64,000 nucleotides of DNA from IMG/VR virus record IMGVR_UViG_3300002180_000002. One strand, written 5' to 3'. Position 1 is the first letter of the stretch. Each line of letters starts with the position of its first letter. Positions 18,201 through 29,000 of the stretch are shown in pieces. A model generated the notes under the pieces. The model was given only the letters and a program-made list of their open reading frames with translations. It was not told the DNA's origin and ran no database searches. Source of the stretch: a virus. The translations under genes and the position numbers were made by a program.

Positions 18201-19504
18201 CTGTAATAAAAGACGAATACAAACAAATTCATAGAAAATCTGATATTACGTGGAGTGATGTTTATGAAAAAGAATTAAGCTTTAATGGCTTAAGTTCTTT
18301 TAATTTTGGACTTTCTAATTTTGTTAAAATGGATCAAGAAGAAGGAGCAATTAGTAGAATACATAATGCTAATGGCAATCTTCTTGTGTTTCAAGAAAAC
18401 GATATAGGTATTCTTCCTTATAATAAAAGTGTTATTTATGATGTAGAAGGAGATAAAAGAGTAGGAATCTCCACTAATATTTTAGATAAAAAAAGTTTCC
18501 GTTCGTATGCTAATGGAAAATTTGGAACAAAACACCCTGAAAGCTTCGTTTCTTGGGGGAATAGAAAATATATTGTAGACCAAGCAAGAGGTGTTTTATT
18601 AAGAATATCTAATGACGGAGTAACCCCATTAAGCGATTACTTAGGTAGTAATTGGTTTTCTAAAGTGATGGATAAAAACCAAGGGAAACATATCATAGGT
18701 GGTTATGAGCCAACCACAGAAGAATATTTATTAAACTTAATCATTCCGAGTGATTCATCAATACTAAAAACAACTAAAGAAAGCTCTAAAACACTAGCTT
18801 TTAAAGATAAAAATAATGGTAAAGGATTTTCTACTGTATATCCATATACCCCCGACTTTATTATTCATGCTGACAACAAAATGTTTTCTTGGCACAAAGG
18901 AGTGATGTATCAGCACAATGTAAGCTTAACTCGTAACAATTTTTACGGCAAACAATATTTAACTAAAATTAAATTCTATGCCAACAAAGAAGCTAGTATT
19001 GTTAAAATTTGGCAAGCAATGAGTATTGAAAGCAATGAGCCATGGGATGTTTCTATAAAAACAAAACTAACTTCAAGAAAAATAGATAAACTAAGTTTTG
19101 AAAAAATTGAAGATTATTGGTACTCTATTATTAAAGGAAATACTAATGGTAATTTAAAAGCAGAAAGTACTTTTGGGCTTGGCACTCTTGCTATTGTTAA
19201 TGGATTAATAACAGTAGACACGAAGCTTTTTGCTTCATTATCGGTTGGAGATCACGTTACAACCCCACCCGCATCAAATATTAATGTTCCTTTAACTAAG
19301 GTTATAGAAATAACTCCAACAACAATTAAATTAGAGACTGCATTAAACACTAATGCTACTTTCTTATTATATAAGAAAAATCAAGATATTGATGGGGCTA
19401 GTATTAGAGGGGATGTTCTTGAAGTTGAAATGACTAATAGAAGTACTAAAAAAGTTGAACTTAGAGCAGTTAATTTTGAGGTATTAAAGTCCGAAACTTC
19501 TTAA
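15266..19504 (+). CDS. large virion/tail structural protein (1412 aa)
   Basis: Size and position in the virion module, with an ATAATG junction to the previous gene. No specific motif recognised. Confidence 0.5.
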   Translation: MASIKSIFVAGITDKESDPALIEQGFNRGTECMRFHSNGGNDGIGVNIKGTLEVADETAIYEGDDEDTAFKCVGGVFNEDNSTIYYLLASSSGIISKICSYNILTKESSIISHDNQSKYNFSIDKYITGINEIDGLLFISEWEKNPRRINIERAKTYGLNGFTEEDIQVVLIPPHQKPKITLQSTGSEKENNIEEKLLYFAYQWRYLDGDYSIVSPFSEAGFFPSNFDYDYATQSNRAMVNNFNQIKIEFDTGNERVAEIRLIFKESQSNTEWIIDDFNKEKLGYGHNETREFLFDNNKAHRVLSDDVIRNFGNTVPLSVKTQTIIDGRLLYANYKEFYDLLDSDEEKINIDYNLELESIKNQIIGEPSGISSHILLNAIHSTAPDSLTLIITTSGLSDVDLLVNDPLTIGNGENAGAYTIISKTNNSLVLEKNNEPFPVFNGEEDNIILFLIYENLEATLIPKKTVKSYRDYEVGIVYLDSPCRTTPVLVSKTNTLFIPNINCVSENSIHVILKNKPPAWAKYYRFFIKQSKKNYDTILPLIYYTDGVYRWVKLEGADKDKVKEGDYLIVKADSNGILETPAKIKVLEIKEQEANFISTDNEGEIGEKAGLYFKIISEGFRIEETDLIRYSLRCSDALYLNSIFDSAPYISDPHFYGTGVNDMSSSGTYSGANEERHRFIVEIDSELGGSGGVDTFRWSNDNGGTWTNDVDITGGSISLSNGVQISFSSTTGHSLNDQWAVNARAIWSINFIDRRPYGYFRTVNEHDDLLENIEDEIIYAGARIKLTYNESGGAGESFEIDEISTAQYDNIQEWFYKENIISLIISQSDLELENIRFMRGVLIERESEGNRTVIQQNDTEGTMTMCVKSKNHEFAPLVESYSEIIQNDNQENLLILETEPVEQPVGIYHEIGKTYDIVDNYHISDSDVDGDVDQSLGVDLRVKLDFFNAFCFGNAIESYKIKDEFNRKGTDVGIRTSTVIKDEYKQIHRKSDITWSDVYEKELSFNGLSSFNFGLSNFVKMDQEEGAISRIHNANGNLLVFQENDIGILPYNKSVIYDVEGDKRVGISTNILDKKSFRSYANGKFGTKHPESFVSWGNRKYIVDQARGVLLRISNDGVTPLSDYLGSNWFSKVMDKNQGKHIIGGYEPTTEEYLLNLIIPSDSSILKTTKESSKTLAFKDKNNGKGFSTVYPYTPDFIIHADNKMFSWHKGVMYQHNVSLTRNNFYGKQYLTKIKFYANKEASIVKIWQAMSIESNEPWDVSIKTKLTSRKIDKLSFEKIEDYWYSIIKGNTNGNLKAESTFGLGTLAIVNGLITVDTKLFASLSVGDHVTTPPASNINVPLTKVIEITPTTIKLETALNTNATFLLYKKNQDIDGASIRGDVLEVEMTNRSTKKVELRAVNFEVLKSETS

Positions 19505-19924
19505 TTAATGTTCAATAACTCTAACCATTTCTATTGCATTTGTACTTCCTTTTTTAAAGCCACAATCCTCATATCTTTTCAAGAGAGATTCATTTTTTAA
19601 TGAAGTATAAACAACAGTTCCACCTAAAGATTTTATATTTTCTAATAAAGAATTTATTAAAGCATTAAGAGCTTCTTTTCTTAATAATCTATCTTTAACA
19701 TTAGGGTTACTAACAATCCACTCTATATGAAATAATATAGGAGATGATGTAGCGTACATAAAACCACAACAGATAGGAATATTATTTTGCATAATCATAA
19801 TTCCATTTTTTCCTTGATTAGGAAGTAAGTTTTGGGATGGACTCGTAAAACGAAACCACTTCCACCAATCAAGAAGCATTTCATAATCTTGTAATGTTGT
19901 TTGTCGTAGTTGAAGTTCACTCAT
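19505..19924 (-). CDS. GNAT-family N-acetyltransferase
   Basis: 139-aa ORF on the opposite strand. The ...ALNALINSLLENIKSLGGTVVYTSLKNESLLKRYEDCGFKKG end fits a GNAT fold. Confidence 0.65.
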   Translation of the reverse strand: MSELQLRQTTLQDYEMLLDWWKWFRFTSPSQNLLPNQGKNGIMIMQNNIPICCGFMYATSSPILFHIEWIVSNPNVKDRLLRKEALNALINSLLENIKSLGGTVVYTSLKNESLLKRYEDCGFKKGSTNAIEMVRVIEH

Positions 19925-19995
19925 ACAACAAAGATAATATATTACCTATGAATAAATTAGTTTTTATTTTAATATACTATATTTGTATTTATACA

Positions 19996-20778
19996 ATGAA
20001 TATTGGAATTTACAAAATAACATCGCCTAAAGGAAGAATATATATAGGTTCTTCTAAAAACATAACAAAAAGGTTTAAGGATTATCAATACCTAAATTGT
20101 AAATCACAAACTAGACTTTACAATTCCTTCATTAAATATGGTGTAGATAACCATATATTTGAAATTATAACAGAATGTGATATTCAAGAAATGTTATCTA
20201 TGGAACTTCATTGGGGATTATTTTATAATGTTTTAGATAGAAAAGCAGGGCTTAACTCAAAACTACCTAAAAATAATGAAAATTATAATGTAGTATCAAA
20301 TGAAACAAAAGATAAAATAAGCAAGTCATTAACAGGTAGAGTCTCCCCAATGAAAGGAAAAAAAACTGGGAAACCTGCATGGAATAAAGGATTAAAGTTA
20401 AATGGTGTTTCTCATAGAAAAGGAAAAAAACTTTCAAAAGAATCCAAAAAGAAAATGAGTCTGTCTAGTATAGGTCAAGTTCCATGGAATAAAGGAATAT
20501 CTCCTTCAAATAAAACAAGAGAAAAACTTTCAAAAGCTTTAAAAGGGAGAGAAGTTTGGAATAAAGGTATTAAATGGAGTGAAGAATCTAAAAAGAAAAT
20601 GTCTATAAGCTCTAAAGGAAGTATTCCTGCAAACAGAAAAATTATTTTAGACGAATTAACTGGTGTTTTTTATTTAAGTATTACAGAAGCTAGTCAAATA
20701 TTAAATATGAAAAGAAGGACACTACAAGCAATGCTCACTAATCAAAACCCAAATAAAACAAGTTTAATTTACGCTTAA
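19996..20778 (+). CDS. GIY-YIG homing endonuclease with NUMOD3-like repeats
   Basis: MNIGIYKITSPKGRIYIGSSKNITKRFKDYQ (GIY...YIG) plus repeated S.S..G...WNKG motifs. The ATG at 19996 is preferred over the longer track ORF. Confidence 0.85.
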   Translation: MNIGIYKITSPKGRIYIGSSKNITKRFKDYQYLNCKSQTRLYNSFIKYGVDNHIFEIITECDIQEMLSMELHWGLFYNVLDRKAGLNSKLPKNNENYNVVSNETKDKISKSLTGRVSPMKGKKTGKPAWNKGLKLNGVSHRKGKKLSKESKKKMSLSSIGQVPWNKGISPSNKTREKLSKALKGREVWNKGIKWSEESKKKMSISSKGSIPANRKIILDELTGVFYLSITEASQILNMKRRTLQAMLTNQNPNKTSLIYA

Positions 20779-20790
20779 ATAAATATATAT

Positions 20791-21573
20791 ATGTTTGATT
20801 TACAAAGATACGAATTAAGACAAGCTGGAATCACATCAAGTGTTATTGCTTTGGGAGTAGCAGGGAGTCAAATAATTGGCGCAAATAAAGCTAAAAGAGA
20901 AGCTAAAGGTGATATTGAAAATTTTGACCCACAGGAATTAAAAAATCCTTACGAAAATATTACTATAGACACATTAGCTTCTGAACAACAAACTCAAGCT
21001 AACCTGTCTAATTCAGCAACAGCTATTGACGCGCTTCAAAGGGGTGGCGTTAGAGCTATCAGCGCAGGTGTTCCACAAGTTACCGAATCAAATATTCTTC
21101 TTCAAAATATTATATCCGAAGATTTAGCAAGACAAGCTAAAGAAAGAAGTATTTTAATTGCAAAAGGCGATGAAAATAATCAAAGAATTATAGAAGATCG
21201 AGAAAATTTAGCCCTTCAAGGTTTAGGACAACAATATCAAGTAGCAAGACAAGATGAAGCGTCAGGCGCAACAAATTTAGTGTCAGGATTACTTGCTTTT
21301 GATAGCGCTATAAGATCAGATAATGGAGGTAAATCAGGTTTTGGAACAGAAAATACATCCGCAGGAACAAATACAGGAACGACTACAGAAACATCGGTAA
21401 GTAATGTTGGGTTCGGTCAAAAACACAGCAACATTATTCCAACAAATCCTTTAGGTATATTTAATGAAAAACCTGCATTTGAAGTAAAAAGAACTCCTAC
21501 AGTAATAGAAGATGATAACTTATTTGATTCTATTTTTGGTAGAGATACAAACACAAGACCCTCATTCTTTTAA
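20791..21573 (+). CDS. hypothetical virion-module protein
   Basis: 260-aa ORF, Q/A/G-rich. Confidence 0.5.
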   Translation: MFDLQRYELRQAGITSSVIALGVAGSQIIGANKAKREAKGDIENFDPQELKNPYENITIDTLASEQQTQANLSNSATAIDALQRGGVRAISAGVPQVTESNILLQNIISEDLARQAKERSILIAKGDENNQRIIEDRENLALQGLGQQYQVARQDEASGATNLVSGLLAFDSAIRSDNGGKSGFGTENTSAGTNTGTTTETSVSNVGFGQKHSNIIPTNPLGIFNEKPAFEVKRTPTVIEDDNLFDSIFGRDTNTRPSFF

Positions 21574-21576
21574 ATT

Positions 21577-23016
21577 ATGCAAAATACTAATTCAGGAGCG
21601 TTTGTTAAACTACAGCCTATTGTAAATAATAATATAGGAGCTATTATTGAGGAACATAATCGATGGTGGACAAGATTTAATGCGGATCAGGCAGATAAAG
21701 AAAATGCTAAAAAAGCAAACTTAGCTAAGTTTAAAGCTAGTCAAAATAAATTAGCTATTGATGCTTATGAAGGATTACGCCCCGAAGAAAACGCAGGGTT
21801 TTTAAACGCACAAATCATTGAAAATTTTGAAAAGAAAAAACCTTATTATAGAGAACTTGCGAATAAATATGCAAATGGTGATTTTCAAGCAGGATTAGCG
21901 CTTACAGAAGAAAAAGAAAAAATCGCAGGGATTGTAAATCTTAATAAAACTTACGGAGAAAAAGCACAAGAACTTGATCTTCAAGAATCACAAGGATTAT
22001 ATAATGAATTTTTAGACAGTCCATATAAAGGATTAAAAGATTCTCTTAGCAAAGGAATGTATAAATTGAATGATGATTGGGGAATGGATATGTATATTCC
22101 TGATAAAGACGAGGTTGTTACCATGTCTCCTAGTCAATTATTTAATAATGATTATCTTAATTCAACATATCATAAAAAAGCGAATTTTACTGGAAATGGT
22201 GTTACTATAGCTAAAACCCTTCTTGATAATGAAGATGGTAATCAAGTTATAACTAAAGGAACAAAAACAAGAGCAGTACGCGTTATTAAAAGCCTTCTTG
22301 CTCAAGATGATGTTGAAGCTAGAAGTTGGTACGGTAATGCTGTTAAAAATAATTTAGTTTCTTTTGATAAACCATTCAATGAACTATCTGATATTGAGGA
22401 AACTATATTAGCAGAGAGCTATTATAATGAAAATGTTCTCCCTAATATTCAACAGAAAACAGTTGATAAGAGTCTTGATAAAGCTATAAAAAATGCAAGA
22501 CTTAAAAAATTAAATCGTGAAGAAAAAGAAGATACAGAAGATTTTACAACAATAACGCCTTCAACAGATGAAGAAGGTAATTTTGTTAATAATCTTGATG
22601 CAGAAGTTCCTTATGTAATGAATGAAGGTGATCGAGTTTTTAATTTAAAAGGTGAGCCTATTTCTTTTGGTGTAAAAGGAAACTCAAACACAAACATAAC
22701 TTACACCGATCTTGTTAAACAGAAAGATGGTAAAATTATTGCTATTGGGAAACAGGTTGAAAAAGTAGAAGAAACTCTTAGAGGTGAAGATGGGAAAACA
22801 TTATTTTTACAAGATGGCGTTACCCCAAAAACCAAAACTAGAGAGAAAGCTATTGATATTATAGAATATAGCCCTAGAGTTATAAATAATATTGTTAGAC
22901 AACTTGAAGATGGAGAAGGAAATACTTTTAATGACTTACAAGGAGCTTCTATATTTATGGAAGGACTATTAGAGAAAAATACTAGCAACACAAGCAAGAA
23001 AGGTAGATTTGATTAA
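21577..23016 (+). CDS. hypothetical virion-module protein
   Basis: 479-aa ORF immediately upstream of the giant gene. Confidence 0.5.
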   Translation: MQNTNSGAFVKLQPIVNNNIGAIIEEHNRWWTRFNADQADKENAKKANLAKFKASQNKLAIDAYEGLRPEENAGFLNAQIIENFEKKKPYYRELANKYANGDFQAGLALTEEKEKIAGIVNLNKTYGEKAQELDLQESQGLYNEFLDSPYKGLKDSLSKGMYKLNDDWGMDMYIPDKDEVVTMSPSQLFNNDYLNSTYHKKANFTGNGVTIAKTLLDNEDGNQVITKGTKTRAVRVIKSLLAQDDVEARSWYGNAVKNNLVSFDKPFNELSDIEETILAESYYNENVLPNIQQKTVDKSLDKAIKNARLKKLNREEKEDTEDFTTITPSTDEEGNFVNNLDAEVPYVMNEGDRVFNLKGEPISFGVKGNSNTNITYTDLVKQKDGKIIAIGKQVEKVEETLRGEDGKTLFLQDGVTPKTKTREKAIDIIEYSPRVINNIVRQLEDGEGNTFNDLQGASIFMEGLLEKNTSNTSKKGRFD

Positions 23017-23018
23017 TC

Positions 23019-26000
23019 ATGGACGAATTAGAAAAATTATATAACGGACTTATAGAATCAGGTGATTACACAAAATCATTTGAGGATTTTAAATCAAAAT
23101 ATAGCACTGATGAAAACATAACATCGTTGTATAATGGTTTAAATAGTACAGGTGATTACACAAAATCTAAAGATGAATTTGTGAATAAATATTTTTCTAC
23201 GCCAGTAAAAAAAAAAGGAGATACTATCGAGACTTCGGGTGTGTCAGAATCGGTTGGTTCACTACCTCAAACAAAGTCAGCTTCTTCGGAATTGCCTTCA
23301 AATCAAGGAGCAAGCATTAATTCATCAACCGCACCTACGGTAGCTAATCTTAATAACGGAAAAACAAATAGTGATATTCCATTTTTTCAACCTATTCCAA
23401 AAGAACTACAAGGGGATAACAAGGAAAATATAGACCTGCTTAATGAGTTAGAAAACATAACTCTATCAGAAGATGAATTAGCAGGTATTGAAGAAGAATA
23501 TAATAAACAAAAAGGTGGGGATTTTGGTTTTTTAGGAAATATTAAAAAAGCGATCACCTCAACACCTGCTTTTGGCATAAAGAAAAATCCTTTTTTTAAC
23601 CCTAATTCTGTTACACCTAAAAGCAAAGAAGAATTAACTGAAAAACTTCTTAATGAAAAAAGAACAGAATTTATATCAAATTTAGATAAAGGTAAAAAGG
23701 AAAAGCTAACAGACCTAGTAAAGGTTAAAAATTTCCGTGCTGATTTAAAAAGAGAAAATTTAGAAGTTGAATTAGATAATATTGATGAAAATCTTTTTAA
23801 GATAAAAGAGAATGTTGAAGCTATTGATGCTGAAATATTAAGTATTGAAAATCAAAAAACAGCTTTAAAAACAAAAGTTAAAAACGAAGGTCTTACCCCT
23901 CAAGATGAAAATTCTTATAATAGTTTAATTGATGCTCAACAAAAGTTTTTAAAAGAGAGAAACAACGCAGTTGAAGGTTCTGAATCTATTTTTACAAACA
24001 GGATAGAAAAAATCAATCAGCTTGAAGATAATATTGAGAACTTAGGCTCAATGGAGCAAGAACTTGATTTATTAAAAAGAAATTACGGTTTTTTTGATAA
24101 TGTAAAAGGGAGAGCAGGAATTGGTTTTGCAGATATGTTTGCTAATGTAAAATATCAATATGACCGTCAAATTTTACGATCCAAAAGAAAAAATATTAAA
24201 AATCTTTTAGAAGCAAGAGAAAATTTATTTACTAAAGGATTAAATACATCTGCCATTGATAAGGAATTACCCGCAGAATATAGAGTTAGGACATTTCAAT
24301 ATGATTCGGAAGAATTTGATATTGAAACTGAAAATGAGTTTAATAAATTACTTTCTTCTAATTTCACAAACAAAAGAATTGTTGACGAACAAAGAGATAA
24401 ATTACGCTCAAACATTTCTGTAGATGATATTAATAGTTTCGGTGATGTAATTAACTTTACTGTAGACGGATTATCTGATAATACAGCGACTATAGCTCAA
24501 CTTGCCATTCCTTATTTCGGACAATCACTTTTTTTAATTAACCAACAGGCAGGAAGTGAATTAGATTTAAAGGGTGAGAATAAAGATAAAAAAGAACGCT
24601 TGAATGAAATCGAAAAAATTTTTGATAATGATTCAGGTAGTATTGTTAATTTTTCTGATTTAGGTGAAGAAGAACGAAATTTACTTTTAAGTGAACAAGA
24701 TCGTATTTCTAAATCTTTAGATAACTTAAATGATACTCAAATATTTTTTGCTTCAAGTTCCATGGCGATTTCTGAATTAGCTTTTAGTAGACTATTTGGT
24801 GAAGCAAAAAGAATTAAAATTGGTAAACGTATATTACAAAACGCAGGGAAAGAAGAATTAAAAAGAGAAGTAAATAGAGCTACCGTAAATATGTTTAAAG
24901 ATAGGTTGTCTTCTTTAAAAAAAGGAGGGATTGCCGTACTAAAAGATGGAGCAGAAGAAGGGTTTTTAGATGAATTCCTTACTAATTTCACTCACAATGG
25001 AATTAGAAAGTTTTATTTAGAAGATGAATCTGTGGGGCTATTTGATAACTCTATCGATGCTATAGCAGGTGGATTATCTGTGGGTACTGTTATGTCTGCT
25101 TCCCCTAGAATTGGAGGTAGTTTTATAAGTCATTTTTCAGACAGAAAAAAAAGAAACGCTGTTTATAGTAATGTTAAGGAAATCACAGAGCTTCAAAATC
25201 AATTATCTACAAATATTGATATTGACGCAGATTTAGCAGGTTTAATGCAAAATAAAATTAATAACCTTATTTCTAAAAATAAAGAAATTATAGGAAGAAC
25301 TATAGAAAGCTTTGATAATCTTGATCCAATCGATAAAGAGAGAATACTTACTATTTCTAATGAAATGGCAGGACTTGAAATTTCTTTTGATAAACTAACA
25401 AATAAAAAAAATAAAACTTCTTCTGAAAAAACCCTACTTAGTGAGATCGGCGACAGAATGAATATTCTTAATGAAGAAAAAGGACAAATATTAGATCAAC
25501 CTGTTTTTGAGTCCACTGTTTCAGAACAAACTAAGGAGTTTGCGGATGCTATTGGGGAACAAGAAGATATATCTCAATTTGTTACAGGAGCAACTAAAGT
25601 TAAGATAGGTAATACTGATGTTATATTAGGCGAAAAAGAAGGCGTTATTAATATAGAAAGTATAAGCACGCCAAAAAACCAAAGAGGTCAAGGGAGCGCT
25701 CGTAAAGCTATCCAAGAGATTACTGAATTAGCAGACGAGAAAGGTAAAGATTTGCGCTTAAATGTAGTTCCACTTGATAATACAACAACAGAGAAAGGTC
25801 TTATTAAGTTGTATGAAGAAGTAGGATTTGTTAAAGATAAAGATTTTGATAAAGATGATGGAGGGATTATGATGCGTAAGCCTGAAACTACTGATACCGA
25901 CACTAAAAAAGGTCTTGATAATATAGATACTGTTATAGATGAAGCGGAAACCTCAATAGAAAATGAAGCGATTCCTAAATTAAAAGAATCTGCTGAAAAC

Positions 26001-29000
26001 TTATCGTTTGATGAATGGAAAAATGAATCTAAAAAATGGGATGATTATACAGATAAATTAAGTGATAAGGTGCAATCCTTTGAAAAAGGAGAATTAGGAT
26101 TATCAAAAAGAACCCCTGAATTTTTAGAAGCGAAAAAAGAATTTGACAATGCTTTTCGCCAACAGCAAAAATTTAATAAATCAACTCCTAAAGGATTCGG
26201 AAGAAGAAAATTTCAAGAAAAAATAGATAAAGCAAATCAAAAAAAGAAAGAACAAAAATCAACTACTGAATTTGAAACTAATCTTAACACATATTCCGTT
26301 GAAGTTGTTAATGGAGAATTACAAATAAAATCTAAATTAGGTGATGTAAAACCTAGTGTTTCTGAAATCAAAAAAATAACTGAAAAGTATGTTTCCGAAA
26401 CTAATTTTGATAAAGGAAAAAGAGCTGATTTTTCTAAAAAAGAAAATTTATCTCCTGAACAAATATCGCAAGTTGTAGTTGAGGAAAGTCAAAATCCTCA
26501 AGAAGTAGCACAACAAATAATTTCAGTACAGGATTCAAATCAAGATTCGGAAAAAACCTTAGAAGTATCTAAACAAGGTGCTATTTCTCAAGCACTTAAT
26601 GGAGTGCAAATAAATAAAGAGAGCTTCTCTAAAGTTGACGACGCAAACAATATTTCAAGCGTAAATCCTCATTACTTTAGTCCTTTACATAAAACATTAA
26701 AAGGAAAAGCAGGAAATATTGATGCTATTAGAGAATCAGCACAAGAACTTACGGGAGAAGATATTTCACTTGAAGACATTACTAACTTCATCAAAGAATT
26801 TAATAACCCAAAAGATTTTTCACAATCAGAAACATCAAACACTTCTGACCTTGAAGATAAATTTAAAGATTTAACTGGATTAAAACCAACACCTAAAAAC
26901 ATTGAAAAAGTCGCAGGTAAGAAAACCGAATCAAAACAAAAAACAGAAGGAGAAGAAGATTCAGAAATTCCTTTCCAAACAGAAAGTACACAAACAAGAT
27001 TAGCAGGTTCAGAACTTATAAGCCTTATTGATAGATTAAAAAAGACAGGGTTAGCAAATGATGTTAAGGTTCTTAGTAACAATCAAATAATCACTCTTTT
27101 AAATAAAATAGGTGTTGAGAATACGCAACAACAAAACATTAATGGATTTGTACACGATGGAATAGTTTATCTTAATAGAAGTAAAGTTAAAAAAGACACT
27201 CCTATTCATGAATTTGGACACTTATGGAATTCTTTCGCAAAAGAAAATCATAAAGATGTTTTCAATAAAGGGATTGAGATTATAAAAGATACGGAATACC
27301 ATGAAGCTGTTAAAAATAATCCTGCATACAAAAACCTCAATGAAGAAGCACAGCTTGAGGAAGCATTAGCTCAAGCTATTGGAGAAAAAGGAGTTAAAAT
27401 ATTAAATGAATCTAAAAAAACAAAATTCGCTTCTTGGTTCAAAGCATTATTTACAAAAATCGCAAAAGGATTAGGAATCAGAAGCTTTAATGCTAATCAA
27501 TTAGCGAACCTTACTCTTGATAAATACACAAATTTAGTGAGTGGAGAAATTTTAAGTGGAAAACAAATTACCAATAAAAATAAAAAAACTGAAAAATCAC
27601 GACAAGATACTTCTGATATAACAAGTATTGAGGTTGTTATGGCAGAAGCTATTGCTTCACAGAACGCATCAAAAATATTACGCCAACAAATAAATAATAA
27701 AAAAGCTATTGACAAAGCAGTTAAAGACGCTTTAGTAAAATTTATTAGAGATCAAATCAAAAGCAAAAGATTTAATGCTTTAAAAAAAGGCGAGTTTTCT
27801 AAGATACTTACTGCTGTAAAAACTACTAAAACAAAAAATGATTTATTAAAACAACTTAAGAAAGTTGATGATCTTTTAGATCGACTAGATAGTGAAATAA
27901 TTAATGATAATATTAATAATATCCTTGACAGAAAATTAACTAAAATCGAAAGTGGTCGCCAAAAAGCTAATCTTCTTACAGAGGAAGAATCTATTATTCT
28001 TAAAACGGTTAAATCTAATATTAAAGGTCTTCAATCCACTAAAAAACCTACTCAAAAAAAATATAATGCTATAACAGAAAAATTAGCAAAACTGTTTGAT
28101 AATAGAGACGAAATACAATTAAAAACCGAGCCTAGTCGTGAAGATGTATTAAATGAAGAAGCTATTAATATCTCCATAGATGTTTTAATGGGATATAGAA
28201 GCGCTTTAAATTCTGACACAAAAAAGTTTTTACTAAGTAGTCTTGAACAAATTGAATCTATTTATAACCAAGGAAGAAGCCAATTAATTTCAGCAAAAGA
28301 AGCAAAAGCAAACGAATACAAAGATTATAGAGACGAATTAGTAGAAGACACTAATCCTGATGAATTAGTTCAGAAAAAAAGAAAAGAACAAGTTGATAGT
28401 AATCGTGAAGGTGTTAAAGCTGATTTCGCTAGACTTTATTTTAATATTACCAAAAGAAAATTAATTGGTAGTATGGACAGGCTAGCTACTGTATTATCAA
28501 GAAAAGGAGCGGGCAATCGTAATGATAGTGCGTGGGTTCAATTTACTAATTTACTAAAAAGAGCAGAAACTCTTAAAGAAAGAAGAATAGGAAGCTTATC
28601 TAAATCTATTACTAATATTCAAAAACGTTTTTTTGGAAGTAGATATAAAGCAGATAAAATGCTTAATACAAGAGAAAAACTTGATATTATTTTACCTGAC
28701 CCTACACTTGAGGAAGGTCAAGAGCCTTTAACAACACAAACCGATTTCACTTACGATGAAATGCTTTCTGTTTGGTTAAATGCTAAAAATGAAGATAATC
28801 TTTCAGGTCTTGAAGCAAATGGATTTACAGAAGACGTTATTAAAAAAATAGACGATATTCTTCCTGAATCAGTTAAAGAGTATGGTAAATGGCAAGTTGA
28901 AGAATTTTATGAAGACTCATGGGAAGATGAAAATGAAGTTTACAAACGTATGAATTTCCACACTTTACCAAAAAGTGAGAATTATGCAGGGAAATTATAT

